Assembly: GCA_963169195.1 (NCBI GenBank)
Contig: CAUJDN010000109.1
Span: 5,695 to 69,694, forward strand
Origin: Acidobacteriota bacterium
Lineage (GTDB): Bacteria > Acidobacteriota > Vicinamibacteria > Vicinamibacterales > UBA2999
DNA: 64,000 bases
Direction: 5' to 3'
Below the pieces are notes generated by a model. That model was not told the origin of the DNA. It ran no database searches and was given only the letters and a program-made list of their open reading frames with translations. Positions 8,049 through 17,863 of the stretch are shown piece after piece (within the stretch, counting starts at the first letter, position 1; each line of letters opens with the position of its first letter). The translations under genes were made by a program, and so were the position numbers.

Positions 8049-9644
8049 GTGAGCAGTCGACTGTTGCTGGGGGTCGTGGCCGTCATGCTGACGGTGGTCG
8101 GGTGGACGGCGGTTCGGGCCGGGCAGGCGCCGCCGGAGGCGTTCGATATCCTCATCCGCGGCGCGCGGGTGCTGGATGGCACGGGGAATCCCTGGTATCG
8201 CGCCGATGTCGGTGTCCGCGGTAATCGGATCGCTGCCGTCGGGTCGCTGGACCAGGCGGAAGCGGCGACCATCGTCGATGCGAAGGACCGCTACGTCACG
8301 CCCGGATTCATCGACGTCCACTCGCACGCAGGCCCGGGCCTGCTCACCGGGCCGCTCAGGCACGGCCAGCCCGTGCTGGCACAGGGCATCACGACGGTCT
8401 TCGTCAACCCTGACGGCGGCGGTCCCGTGGACCTCCGGACACAGCGCGCCGCCTACGAGAAGCAGGGCATCGGCCCGAACGTCGGGCTGTTCGTGCCCCA
8501 CGGCTCCATCCGCCAGCAGGTGATGGGCATGTCGGACCGGGATCCGGACGCCTCCGAGGTGGCGAAGATGGCCGAACTCGCGCGGCAGGGCATGCTGGCT
8601 GGCGCGCTGGGCCTGTCGAGCGGGCTCTACTACGCCCCCGGCAGCTACTCGAAGACGGCGGAGGTCGTGGCCATCGCGAAGGCCACCGCGCCCTTCGGCG
8701 GGGTCTACTCCAGCCACATCCGCGACGAGGCGGACTACACCGTCGGCGTGGTGGCCGCCGTGGACGAGGTGATCGCGGTGGCCGAGCAGGCCGGCGTCAT
8801 CGGTGTGGTCTCGCACATGAAGGCGCTGGGGCCCGGCAGCTGGGGGCTCTCGAAGACGCTGGTGGAACACATCGAGGCGGCCCGTGCCCGGGGTGTGCAG
8901 GTGTTCGCGGATCATTACGCGTACGAGGCCAGCGGCACCGGCATCGTCGGGGCGCTGATGCCGCGGTCCGCGCAGGTGGGCGGACGCGACGCGATGATGA
9001 AGCGCATCCGCGGCGAGCTGCGCGAGGAGATCCGCGAGGCCGTGAAGACGAACATCGCCCGGCGCGGCGGCGCCGACACGCTGATGGTGAGCCGCTATGC
9101 GGCGGACCCGTCCTTCGAGGGCCAGCGCCTGTCGGAGCTGGCCGCGAGAGCCGGGGTCCCGCCGGACGAGTACGCGCTGCAGATGCTGGAGAAGGGCGAT
9201 GCCAGCCTCGTCTCCTTCAACATGTCCGAGGACGACATCGAGCACATCATGCGGCAGCCGTGGACGATGACGTGCACCGACGGGGACCTGGTGCCCATGG
9301 GCCAGGGCAAGCCGCACCCGCGGGCGTATGGCGCGTTCCCGCGCAAGCTGAAGCGCTACGTCCGCGAGCGCGGCGCCATCGGCCTGGCCGACGCCATTCG
9401 CACGATGACGTCGCTACCCGCCACCGTATTCGGCCTGAAGGACCGCGGGCAGATCCGCGCGGGCGCCTACGCGGACCTGTTGATCTTCGACCTCGACCAG
9501 GTGAACGACGCGGCCACCTTCCAGGATCCGCATCAGCTCGCGGAGGGGATGACGGACATTCTCGTCAACGGCCGGTGGACGCGCCGTGACGGGCAGTTCA
9601 CCGCGACGCTGGCGGGGCGCGTCCTGGTCCCCGAGCGGCGCTAG
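8049..9644 (+). CDS. N-acyl-D-amino-acid deacylase (D-aminoacylase) family amidohydrolase, membrane-anchored or secreted
   Basis: GTG at 8049 inside ORF 7653..9644. N-terminal hydrophobic segment SSRLLLGVVAVMLTVVGWTAV is followed by FDILIRGARVLDGTGNPWYRADVGVRGNRIAAVG...PGFIDVHSH. The C-terminal DLLIFD...V.DRATF motif is typical of the family. Confidence 0.85.
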   Translation: MSSRLLLGVVAVMLTVVGWTAVRAGQAPPEAFDILIRGARVLDGTGNPWYRADVGVRGNRIAAVGSLDQAEAATIVDAKDRYVTPGFIDVHSHAGPGLLTGPLRHGQPVLAQGITTVFVNPDGGGPVDLRTQRAAYEKQGIGPNVGLFVPHGSIRQQVMGMSDRDPDASEVAKMAELARQGMLAGALGLSSGLYYAPGSYSKTAEVVAIAKATAPFGGVYSSHIRDEADYTVGVVAAVDEVIAVAEQAGVIGVVSHMKALGPGSWGLSKTLVEHIEAARARGVQVFADHYAYEASGTGIVGALMPRSAQVGGRDAMMKRIRGELREEIREAVKTNIARRGGADTLMVSRYAADPSFEGQRLSELAARAGVPPDEYALQMLEKGDASLVSFNMSEDDIEHIMRQPWTMTCTDGDLVPMGQGKPHPRAYGAFPRKLKRYVRERGAIGLADAIRTMTSLPATVFGLKDRGQIRAGAYADLLIFDLDQVNDAATFQDPHQLAEGMTDILVNGRWTRRDGQFTATLAGRVLVPERR

Positions 9645-10072
9645 CCGCGCTTTCCCTCGATCACGATCACCGGGTCCTCGAGTCTGGTCTCTTCCGCGCC
9701 ATCGACGAGCCACACGTCGTACTTGTAGGACGCGTTCTCGACGCCCGTGGGCACGAGCGCGCCAATCAGGCGCTTGCCGGGCGCCTTGTCGTCCCTGGGG
9801 CGCTGCTCCGTGAAGGGGCTGCGCTCGCGGTCGAACCGCAGCTCGATGTGCGCGCCGTCAGGCAGCACCGTATTCTCCTGGACGTCCCAGCGCATGAACA
9901 TGAGCCGCTTGAGGCGTGCCTCCTGTGGCGTCGTCTCGCTCGCCCATCGACCTCCCTGCTGGAAGACGCGGATCGTGGCGCGCTTCGACTCGCGGAACAG
10001 CGCCCTGGCGACGAGAATCCCGCCCCCGAGGCCGAGCAGAAGGGCAACAGTCGCAGTCATCTCGATGCTCAT
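9641..10072 (-). CDS. hypothetical membrane-anchored protein (143 aa)
   Basis: ATGA overlap with the kinase stop. One N-terminal TM helix (TATVALLLGLGGGILVA). Its stop shares the palindrome CTAG (9641-9644) with the convergent D-aminoacylase stop. Confidence 0.65.
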   Translation of the reverse strand: MSIEMTATVALLLGLGGGILVARALFRESKRATIRVFQQGGRWASETTPQEARLKRLMFMRWDVQENTVLPDGAHIELRFDRERSPFTEQRPRDDKAPGKRLIGALVPTGVENASYKYDVWLVDGAEETRLEDPVIVIEGKRG

Positions 10073-12642
10073 GGAGGATCTCCTTTGCGTTGGTCCGACG
10101 CGAGCAGTGCAGCGAACTCCGGCAGGCGGCGCAGCGATTCGAGATCCTCCTCCGCCGCGACGATGGACGGGCTGTACCCACCGTCAACGGCCGCCCTCAA
10201 CGCGGCCAGGGCATCTGCGGCCCGTCCCGCCAGCGCGTGCACGACCGCACTGGCGAAGTGGACGTGGATGTTCTCCGGCGCCATGGCCCCTGCGCGATCG
10301 ACGCGCGCCCGGGCCGCCTCGGCGTCGCCGGACTTGGCGAGCAGCACCCCCAACGAGGCCAGACGCTCGGCGTCCGTCGGGTTGACCTTCAGCTCGGCCT
10401 CGGCCAGCGCCACCGCTGTCTCATAGGCCGCACGCGCTTCGCGCCGCCGCCCGAGCCGCCGGTAGGCATCGCCCAGATTGCGATGGAAGTCGGGTTCGTT
10501 CGGGCGAAGCTCCACCGCTCGCGTGTACGCCTCGGCGGCACGCGCGTAGTCGCCCCGCTGGTAGTGGATCGTCCCGATATTGCTGACGGCGCCCGCCGAG
10601 GGCCGGATGGCGATCGATCGCTCGTAGCTGGCGAGCGCTCGATCGTTGTCGCCCAGCGTCTGGTAGACGGCCCCGAGCTGCTGGTACCCATAGTGGTTGT
10701 CGGGCTGCAGCCTGGTCAACTCCTCGAAGGCCTTCGCGGCCTCCAGGTAGCGCCCGCCGTTGAAGTGGGCCAGGCCAAGGTCGTTGTAGTGGCCCCAGTA
10801 ACCCGGGCGCAGGTCGATGGCGCGCTCGAACTCCACCACCGCCTCGTCGAGACGGCCTTCCTGCGCGAGCACCTGCCCGAGCTGCCGCCTCGCCTCGTCG
10901 AAGTTCGGCCACAGGACCAGGGCATGCCGCAACTCCTCGGCCGCCTCCGCCAGCCGCCCGCCGCCCGCGAGCACGACCGCGAGCGTGTAGCGGACCTCGG
11001 GCCGATCGGGCGCGAGCCGGAGCGCTGTCGTGCTGCTGTCATGGGCGCGGGTCATCCACTGCGAATCCCGCGTCTCGGCGTACTGCCGCCAGCAGGTCTC
11101 GGCCAGTGCCGCGTGCGCGAGCCCGAAGCGGGAATCGATGCGGACGGCCTCCGAGAAGGCGGCCACGGCCTTGTCGAGGTTGCCCTGTACGTCACGGCGC
11201 TCGAGCAACGAACGCCCCTGCCAGTAGGCGTCGAGAGCCGCCGGGCTCACCGTGGGCGGCAGGTCGGGTCGCCCCGCGCGCAATCCCGACACGTGCACGC
11301 GGAGTGCCGAGGTCACGGCCTGAGCCAGCCGGGACTGGAGGTCGAAGATCCGGTTCAACGTTCCCGGAAACGACTCGGCCCAGGCGATCGAACGGTCCGG
11401 CCGCACCAGCGTCAGCGAGACGTGGAGGCGATCCCCGGCCTGCTGCACGCTGCCCTCGACGAGGAAGGTCGCGCCGAGGTCCTTGACCAGCGCGCCCATG
11501 TCCCGCGACCGCTCGCGCGCCTCGGCCACCGCCCCCCGTGAGAGCACCGTCACGCCAGGCAGCATCGCGAGGCTGGTGATCAGGCTGTCGGCCACGCCCG
11601 CAGCGATGTAGTCGCGGGAGCGATCGGCACCAAGGCTGCTGAGCGGCAGCACGGCCACGACGGGCGCGGCCACGGGGCCCGGGGCCACGGACGCCGTACG
11701 CTGGCGAAGCCATGCCACCAGACCACCCACGAGCACCAGGAGCAGCAGGGCGGTCACCAGCGCCCGGCGCGTGAGCGGGCGCCGGGGAGCGCGGGCCGTG
11801 GCGTGCGTGGTCGTCGGCCGCGGCCGCAGCGCCCTCGCCACGTCGCGTGCCGCCCCCGGCCGCTGGCGCGGATCGCGCGCGAGCAGCAACCTCACGAGCT
11901 CGTCGAGGTCTCCCGGGACCGCCGGCACGACGCTTCGGAGCCGCGGCGCGTCCTCGGACAGCATGACCTGCGCCAGGGCCAGGGCGTCGTGGCCGGGGAA
12001 GGGTCGCCGGCCCGCCAGCATCTCGAACAGCATGACGCCCAGCGCGAAGAGATCCGCGCGCGCGTCCACGTGCCCCGAGACCCACTGCTCGGGCGCCGCG
12101 TAGCCGGGCGTGCCGACGATGTCGCCGACGCTCGTGCCGCCACCCGCCACCGTGGCAGCCGAGTCGGACGGCAGCGTGCGGGCGACCCCGAAGTCGAGGA
12201 TCTTGACGCGGCCCTCAGGCGTGAGGATGACATTGGCCGGCTTCAAGTCGCGATGGACGACGCCGTGGCGATGGGCGGCGTCGAGCGCATCGGCCAGCTG
12301 GACGGCGATGTCCGTGGCTTCGGGCACGGGCACGGCCCCGCGCTTCAGTCGCTCCAGGAGCGTTTCGCCTTCCACGAACTCGAACACGAGCACCACGTGC
12401 CCGTCATGATCCAGCACGTCGTGGACGGCCGCGATCCCGGGGTGCGTGAGGCTGGCCGCCGCACGCGCCTCGCGCATGAGTCGATCGCGGCCGCGCGTGT
12501 CCTGATCATCCGAGGCGCGAACCGTCTTGAGCGCGACGGGGCGGCCCAGGCGCGTGTCGTCGGCGAGCCACACTTCACCCATGCCGCCGACGCCCAGCGG
12601 CCGCACGACCCGATACGGACCAAGGGACGTCCCGGGGATCAC
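10069..12642 (-). CDS. Ser/Thr protein kinase with TM segment, periplasmic domain and C-terminal TPR repeats
   Basis: GVGGMGEVWLA, VALK, HRDLKPANV, DFG and GTPGYAAPE kinase subdomains are present. A TM helix (ALVTALLLLVLVGGLVAWL) follows. At least 8 TPR-like repeats (AYxxLGxxYxxxGxxxxA) follow that. Confidence 0.95.
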   Translation of the reverse strand: MIPGTSLGPYRVVRPLGVGGMGEVWLADDTRLGRPVALKTVRASDDQDTRGRDRLMREARAAASLTHPGIAAVHDVLDHDGHVVLVFEFVEGETLLERLKRGAVPVPEATDIAVQLADALDAAHRHGVVHRDLKPANVILTPEGRVKILDFGVARTLPSDSAATVAGGGTSVGDIVGTPGYAAPEQWVSGHVDARADLFALGVMLFEMLAGRRPFPGHDALALAQVMLSEDAPRLRSVVPAVPGDLDELVRLLLARDPRQRPGAARDVARALRPRPTTTHATARAPRRPLTRRALVTALLLLVLVGGLVAWLRQRTASVAPGPVAAPVVAVLPLSSLGADRSRDYIAAGVADSLITSLAMLPGVTVLSRGAVAEARERSRDMGALVKDLGATFLVEGSVQQAGDRLHVSLTLVRPDRSIAWAESFPGTLNRIFDLQSRLAQAVTSALRVHVSGLRAGRPDLPPTVSPAALDAYWQGRSLLERRDVQGNLDKAVAAFSEAVRIDSRFGLAHAALAETCWRQYAETRDSQWMTRAHDSSTTALRLAPDRPEVRYTLAVVLAGGGRLAEAAEELRHALVLWPNFDEARRQLGQVLAQEGRLDEAVVEFERAIDLRPGYWGHYNDLGLAHFNGGRYLEAAKAFEELTRLQPDNHYGYQQLGAVYQTLGDNDRALASYERSIAIRPSAGAVSNIGTIHYQRGDYARAAEAYTRAVELRPNEPDFHRNLGDAYRRLGRRREARAAYETAVALAEAELKVNPTDAERLASLGVLLAKSGDAEAARARVDRAGAMAPENIHVHFASAVVHALAGRAADALAALRAAVDGGYSPSIVAAEEDLESLRRLPEFAALLASDQRKGDPP

Positions 12643-12685
12643 GATGCTCCCGCGCCGCCGCGGGCCGAGAATACCACGCGGCCGA

Positions 12686-13942
12686 TCAGTCGTCGTGCGT
12701 GATCAGACGGACGCTGCGCTGGTACGTCACATAGGACACGGCCCACTGCAGCATCACCGACGCGCGGTTGCGGAAACCGATGAGGAAGGCAATGTGGAGG
12801 AAGACCCAGAACAGCCACCCGAGGTAGCCCGACAGCCGCAGGACGCCGAAGTCCGCGATGGCCGCGTTCCGCCCGATGGTCGCCAGGTTCCCGGGATCGA
12901 TGTACCGGAAGGGCCGCGTGGGCTCGCCCGACAGGTGTCGCAGCGCGTTGCGGGCGGCGTGCCGGCCCAGCTGCTTGGCCGCTTGCGCCACCCCTGGCAG
13001 CGGCTTGCCCGTCTGGTGGGTGAACGATGCGAGGTCGCCCGCGATGAACACGTCGGGATGCCCTGGGACCGACAGGTCCGGCTCGACCACGACGCGGCCC
13101 GCACGGTCCAGCTCGGTGCCAACCCACCGGCCAAGCGGCGAGGCCTGCACCCCGGCCGCCCACAGGACCGTCCCGGCGTCGATGCGCTCGCCGCCGAGCT
13201 GCACCCCTTCATCGTCGATGGCCGTGACGGGTGTCCCCTCGCGCACCTGGACGCCGAGGCGTGTGAGGGATCGCCGCGCCGACGCGCGCAGTGACGCCGG
13301 AAACGTCGTCAGGATCGACGGCCCCCCCTCGAGCAGCAGGATGCGGGCCGACGCCGGGTCGACGTTGTCGAACTCGGAACGGAGCACCTGCCGGGCAATC
13401 TCGGCCAGCGCACCCGCCAGCTCCACGCCCGTCGGACCGCCGCCGACGATGGCGAAAGTGAGCAGGCGGCGCTGGCGTGCCGCATCGGATTCGCGCTCGG
13501 CCTTCTCGAACGCCAGCAGCACGCGCTTCCGGATCTCGAGCGCATCGTCGAGCGTCTTCAGGCCGGGCGCGCGCGGAGGCCAGTCGGCGTGGCCGAAGTA
13601 CGAGTGCGTCACCCCGGTCGCGACGATGAGCGCGTCGTAGGCCAGAGTGTCTCCTCCGTCGAGGTGCAGGCACTGCGTGCCGGGATCGATCCGCTCGACC
13701 GTGGCGAGCAGCACACGGAGGTTCGCCTGGCGCCGGAGGATCCAGCGGATGGGCGACGCGATGTCGCCGGGCGAGAGCCCTGCGGTGGCGACCTGGTAGA
13801 GCAGGGGCTGGAACACGTGATGGTTGTGCCGATCCACCAGTGTGACGCGGACGGGCCTGCGCGCCAGCACGCGGGCGGCATCGAGCCCCGCGAACCCGCC
13901 GCCGATGATGACGATGTGAGGGACGTGGGGACCGTCGGTCAT
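12686..13942 (-). CDS. ndh: type II NADH:quinone oxidoreductase (NDH-2) family, FAD-dependent
   Basis: PHIVIIGGGFAGLDAA and a second GxGxxG (FAIVGGGPTGVELAG) are present, with a C-terminal membrane-associated helix. Start MTDGPH at 13942 overlaps (ATGA) the upstream permease stop. Confidence 0.85.
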   Translation of the reverse strand: MTDGPHVPHIVIIGGGFAGLDAARVLARRPVRVTLVDRHNHHVFQPLLYQVATAGLSPGDIASPIRWILRRQANLRVLLATVERIDPGTQCLHLDGGDTLAYDALIVATGVTHSYFGHADWPPRAPGLKTLDDALEIRKRVLLAFEKAERESDAARQRRLLTFAIVGGGPTGVELAGALAEIARQVLRSEFDNVDPASARILLLEGGPSILTTFPASLRASARRSLTRLGVQVREGTPVTAIDDEGVQLGGERIDAGTVLWAAGVQASPLGRWVGTELDRAGRVVVEPDLSVPGHPDVFIAGDLASFTHQTGKPLPGVAQAAKQLGRHAARNALRHLSGEPTRPFRYIDPGNLATIGRNAAIADFGVLRLSGYLGWLFWVFLHIAFLIGFRNRASVMLQWAVSYVTYQRSVRLITHDD

Positions 13943-15216
13943 TCGTAGCGCAGGGCCTCGACCGGATCCAGCCCGGCCGCACGCCGGGCCGGCCAATACC
14001 CCGCCAGAATACCAACGAACACCGAGGTGGTCAGCCCCGATACCACGGCCCAGAGCGGAGGGGTGGCCGGAAACGTGGGGGCCAGGAAGGCCGCCAGCAG
14101 CCCGAGCAGCGCAGCCAGCACGACGCCGGCCAGCCCGCCGGCGCTCGACAGGATGGCGGCCTCGAAGAGGAACTGGCGGAGGACCTCGCCGCGCTTCGCG
14201 CCAATGGCCAGGCGCACGCCAATCTCCCGCGTGCGCTCCGTCACGCTGATGATCATCACGTTGGCGATGCCGATGCCGCCGATGAGCAGGCTCACCGCGG
14301 CCAGCGCGATCGTGGCGAGGAAGATCTGGAAGCCGAGCCGATCGAACTGCGCGATGATCTGGTCGGCGGTGTTCAGCGCGAAGTTGTCCGGCTCCCCCGG
14401 CGGCACGTTGCGCAGCAGCCGCAGGATGGTGGCCGCCTCGAGACGCGCCTCCTCGCGCCGGCCCGGGTACGCGCGGATGTACAGCACCGTGTTCTCCGCG
14501 TCCGGGAACTTCAGGCGGGCGGTGTTCACCGGGATGGCCACCACCCGGTCGTTGCGGTTCTCGCCGAAGAAGGTCCCTCGCCGGGGTGCCAGCTCGCCCA
14601 CGACGTAGTAGCGGTCGCCGCCCAGCAGGAACGACTGCCCCACCGACGAGCGCGGCCCGAACAGCGCGCGCGCGATGCTGGATCCGAGCACGGCCACCTG
14701 CGCGCGGGCCCGCTCCTCGTAGTCGGTGAACGGTCGGCCCCCCCTGAACTCGGCGCCCACGACGTCGTAGAAGTTCGGCGAGATGCCCTCGACGAGCAGC
14801 GTATCGGACTCGTTGGTGCCTGCGCGGGCGGTGATCGCCCGGGTCCCGGTCACGACGGGCACGATGAGCTCGATGCCGACATCCCGAATGGACGGGCCGA
14901 GCGCCGCGATCCGCGGCGCGAACTCCGCCCTCAGGGGCGGCCGCTTCACGTCCTGTGACGTGCCCGCGGCGTACGGCTCGCCGCTCGTGTGAAACGCGAA
15001 GATGTTGTCCGTGCCCAGCTCGCGGAAGAGGAGCGCGACGCTGTTGCGCAGTCCGACCAGCGTGGACGAGACGAGCACCACCGTCACGATACCGATGACG
15101 ACACCGACGATCGCGAGCGCGGAGCGGGCCGGTTGCGATCGGATGGACTCGATGGCCAGGTCGGCGGCCTCGCGCAGCTCGCTCGCGACCGACTCCTGGA
15201 TGGGCGCCGTCGCCAC
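13939..15216 (-). CDS. ABC transporter permease, MacB/FtsX family
   Basis: N-terminal TM helix, periplasmic MacB_PCD-like region, and C-terminal FtsX TMs (VTERTREIGVRLAIGAKRGEVLRQFL). Confidence 0.9.
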   Translation of the reverse strand: MATAPIQESVASELREAADLAIESIRSQPARSALAIVGVVIGIVTVVLVSSTLVGLRNSVALLFRELGTDNIFAFHTSGEPYAAGTSQDVKRPPLRAEFAPRIAALGPSIRDVGIELIVPVVTGTRAITARAGTNESDTLLVEGISPNFYDVVGAEFRGGRPFTDYEERARAQVAVLGSSIARALFGPRSSVGQSFLLGGDRYYVVGELAPRRGTFFGENRNDRVVAIPVNTARLKFPDAENTVLYIRAYPGRREEARLEAATILRLLRNVPPGEPDNFALNTADQIIAQFDRLGFQIFLATIALAAVSLLIGGIGIANVMIISVTERTREIGVRLAIGAKRGEVLRQFLFEAAILSSAGGLAGVVLAALLGLLAAFLAPTFPATPPLWAVVSGLTTSVFVGILAGYWPARRAAGLDPVEALRYE

Positions 15217-15218
15217 GG

Positions 15219-16445
15219 TTACTCCGACCTCATCGCCGTCACCACGTCGAGGTGCACCGCACGGCGCGCCGGGTACCAGCCCGCGGCCAGCCCGCTCAGG
15301 CCCGAAGCGGCCAGGCTCGTCGCCACCGTCCCCGGCGCCACGGTCAGCGGCAGGTCGAGGAGGCGTGCCGCCAGCGCGACCAGGGCCACCGCGGCCGCCG
15401 TGCCCGCGGAGCCGCCGACGAGGGCCACGAGGGCCGACTCGGCCAGCACCTCGCGCATGATCTGGGCCCGCGGGGCCCCGACGGCGCGGCGCATGCCGAT
15501 CTCACGAGTGCGCTGGGTCACCGAGACGAGCACGGTGTTCGTGACGACGACGATGGCCGCCAGCAGGGCCATCAGCGAGATGGGCCCCGCCGCGGCGCCA
15601 ATGCGCTCCGACAGGCTGGCGACGAAGTCGCGGGCGGCGTCCGGCGTGAGGATGTCGAAGGTGTCGGGCACGCCAGGGCCAAGCGCCCGGCGGGCTCGAA
15701 GGGAGACACGCGCGCGGTCCTCGCCCGTGATCGAGGGAAGGTCGGCGGCGGCCTTCGCGAAGATCTGCAGCGAGGCCGGCGCGCCGAACGCGCGCTCGTA
15801 GGCGAGCAGCGGAATCCACACGTACTTGTCGAGCGAGACGCCCCCCGACTGTCCCTGCCGGTCCTGGATGCCGATGACGGTGAACCGCCGCCCCGCGAGG
15901 CGCATCGTCTGCCCGAGAGGGTCCACGCCCGGGAAGAGCGTGTCGACCACGTCGGCCCCGATCACGGCGACCGCGTCGCCGCGCCCATCCTCGTCGGCCC
16001 GGAAGAAACGCCCGCGGCCAATCGTGAGGTCGCGCAGCTCGGCGATCTCCCAGGTGGTGCCGGTCACCGACGCGCCCTCGAACTTCCGTCCGCCCGAGGT
16101 CACGTCCGCGCGCGCCTGGGCATTGGGAGCGTACAGCACGAGGCCGCCGGCAAGGCGCTCCAGGAACCTCAGCTCCGAGCGCCGGATGGGCGGGTTGCGC
16201 AGCAGCTGTTCCTGCAGCTCGCGCCGCGAGACGCGACCCGGCGAGGCGACCTGCGCGATGAGGAAGGTATCGGCGCCGAAGGTCCGGGCGGTGGTCTGTC
16301 GCGCGTAGCGCGCGACGCCGTCCAGGGCCGACACCACCAGGACGATGGTCGCGACGGCGACGGCGATTGCGAGCGCCCCGAGGCCGGCGCGCAACGGATT
16401 CCCGAGGAGTGCCGCCCCCCCCTGCCTCAGTGCTTCGCGTATCAT
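15219..16445 (-). CDS. ABC transporter permease, MacB/FtsX family
   Basis: Same architecture (VTQRTREIGMRRAVGAPRAQIMREVL). Start taken at MIREAL (16445); ATG 16472 is an alternative. Confidence 0.9.
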   Translation of the reverse strand: MIREALRQGGAALLGNPLRAGLGALAIAVAVATIVLVVSALDGVARYARQTTARTFGADTFLIAQVASPGRVSRRELQEQLLRNPPIRRSELRFLERLAGGLVLYAPNAQARADVTSGGRKFEGASVTGTTWEIAELRDLTIGRGRFFRADEDGRGDAVAVIGADVVDTLFPGVDPLGQTMRLAGRRFTVIGIQDRQGQSGGVSLDKYVWIPLLAYERAFGAPASLQIFAKAAADLPSITGEDRARVSLRARRALGPGVPDTFDILTPDAARDFVASLSERIGAAAGPISLMALLAAIVVVTNTVLVSVTQRTREIGMRRAVGAPRAQIMREVLAESALVALVGGSAGTAAAVALVALAARLLDLPLTVAPGTVATSLAASGLSGLAAGWYPARRAVHLDVVTAMRSE

Positions 16446-16510
16446 CCGCACGGTATGACGCCAGTGTCGCACCGAACGCCCCCGATTCGGAGTCTAATCA
16501 GCGCACGCAC

Positions 16511-17755
16511 ATGAACACACGTCGCCTCCTGGCTGGAGCCGTTGTCCTTGCCCTCGCGGCGGGCGCCTGGTACGCGCGCCGAGGGGCGGAGGACGGAACG
16601 CTCGCCGACCTCTCCACCGTCACCCGCACGCCCTCGCTGCAGTCCTACGTCACCGCATCGGGAGAGATCGTCGCCACGCGCTTTGCCGACATCGGATCGG
16701 CCTCGATGGGCCGGCTCGTCTCGTTGACCGTCAAGGAAGGCGAGGCGGTGACGGCCGGCCAGGTGGTCGCGCGCATCGACCCGGTACAGGCCTCGGCGAC
16801 GGCTGATGCCGCGTTCGCCGGGCTGCGGGCGCTCGAGGCCGAAGTCGGCGCGGCGGCGAACCAGATCCGGGCCGCACAAGCGGACCTGGCGGCTGCCGAA
16901 GCCCGCGCGACCGACGCCCAGCGCGCGCTCACACGCGCGCGCGAGCTGCGGCAGGCCGGCCTCATCGCCCAGGCCGAGTTCGACACCGCGCAGGCGACAT
17001 CCGACTCCGCCGCCGCGCAGGTGCGGGCCGCTGAGGCCTCCATCCGGCGCCTCGAGGAGGCCCGCGCCGCCGCCGATCGGCGCGTGGCGCAGGGCCGCGC
17101 CGACGTGGCACGCGCCCGCGATCAGCTCGCGAAGACCGACATCACGGCTCCCATCGACGGCGTGGTCACCCGCCTCGACGTCGAGGAGGGCGAGATGGTG
17201 GTCATCGGCGTGCAGAACCAGCCGGGCACCATCCTGATGACCATCTCGGACCTCAGTTCGATCAACGCCGAGGTCAAGGTCGCCGAAGCCGACGTCCTTC
17301 GGCTGGCCACCGGGAACACGGCCGACGTGACGCTCGAGGCCCTTCCCGGGCGGACCTTCCCCGGCAGGGTGGTGGAGATCGGCGCCAGCGCCCTGCCGCA
17401 GATTGGCACGCAGGCGGCCGCCCGCGAGTTCCGCGTGAAAGTGCGCCTCGAGACCGCGGTCGACGCCCTCCGACCCGGCCTGACCTGCGATGCCGAGATC
17501 CTGGTGGCCGAGCGCGCCAACGTCCTCACCGTGCCGCTCCAGGCCGTGGTCCAGCGCACCGGCGCTTCCGGCGCGCCGGAGGTGGGCGTCTTCGTCGTCA
17601 CCGACGGCATCGCCCGATTCACTCCGGCCAAGACCGGCATCATCGGCGGCCTCACCATCGAAATCGAGGGCGTGCCCGAAGGCGCCTCCATTGTCTCGGG
17701 TCCGTTCCAGGTGCTGCGCGAGATCCAGGACGGGGAACGAATCAGGACCAGATAG
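16511..17755 (+). CDS. efflux transporter periplasmic adaptor subunit (HlyD/MacA family)
   Basis: ATG 16511 inside ORF 16367..17755. Signal anchor, lipoyl-like GEIVA...V.VKEGE.V..GQVVARID, a long coiled coil, and a beta-barrel region. Confidence 0.9.
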   Translation: MNTRRLLAGAVVLALAAGAWYARRGAEDGTLADLSTVTRTPSLQSYVTASGEIVATRFADIGSASMGRLVSLTVKEGEAVTAGQVVARIDPVQASATADAAFAGLRALEAEVGAAANQIRAAQADLAAAEARATDAQRALTRARELRQAGLIAQAEFDTAQATSDSAAAQVRAAEASIRRLEEARAAADRRVAQGRADVARARDQLAKTDITAPIDGVVTRLDVEEGEMVVIGVQNQPGTILMTISDLSSINAEVKVAEADVLRLATGNTADVTLEALPGRTFPGRVVEIGASALPQIGTQAAAREFRVKVRLETAVDALRPGLTCDAEILVAERANVLTVPLQAVVQRTGASGAPEVGVFVVTDGIARFTPAKTGIIGGLTIEIEGVPEGASIVSGPFQVLREIQDGERIRTR

Positions 17756-17758
17756 CTT

Positions 17759-17862
17759 TGGGTTCTGGGGTTCTGGGGTTCTGAGGTTCTGGGGTTCTGG
17801 GGTTCTGGGGTTCTCGGGTTCTGGGGTTCTGAGGTTCTCGGCTTCTCCGGTTCTCGGGTTCT
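17759..17862 (+). repeat. tandem octamer array, GGGGTTCT-type, 13 units
   Basis: Starts 4 nt after stop 17755. Units are ggggttct/gaggttct/cgggttct with 3' decay (cggcttct ccggttct cgggttct). Confidence 0.95.
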
Positions 17863-17863
17863 G

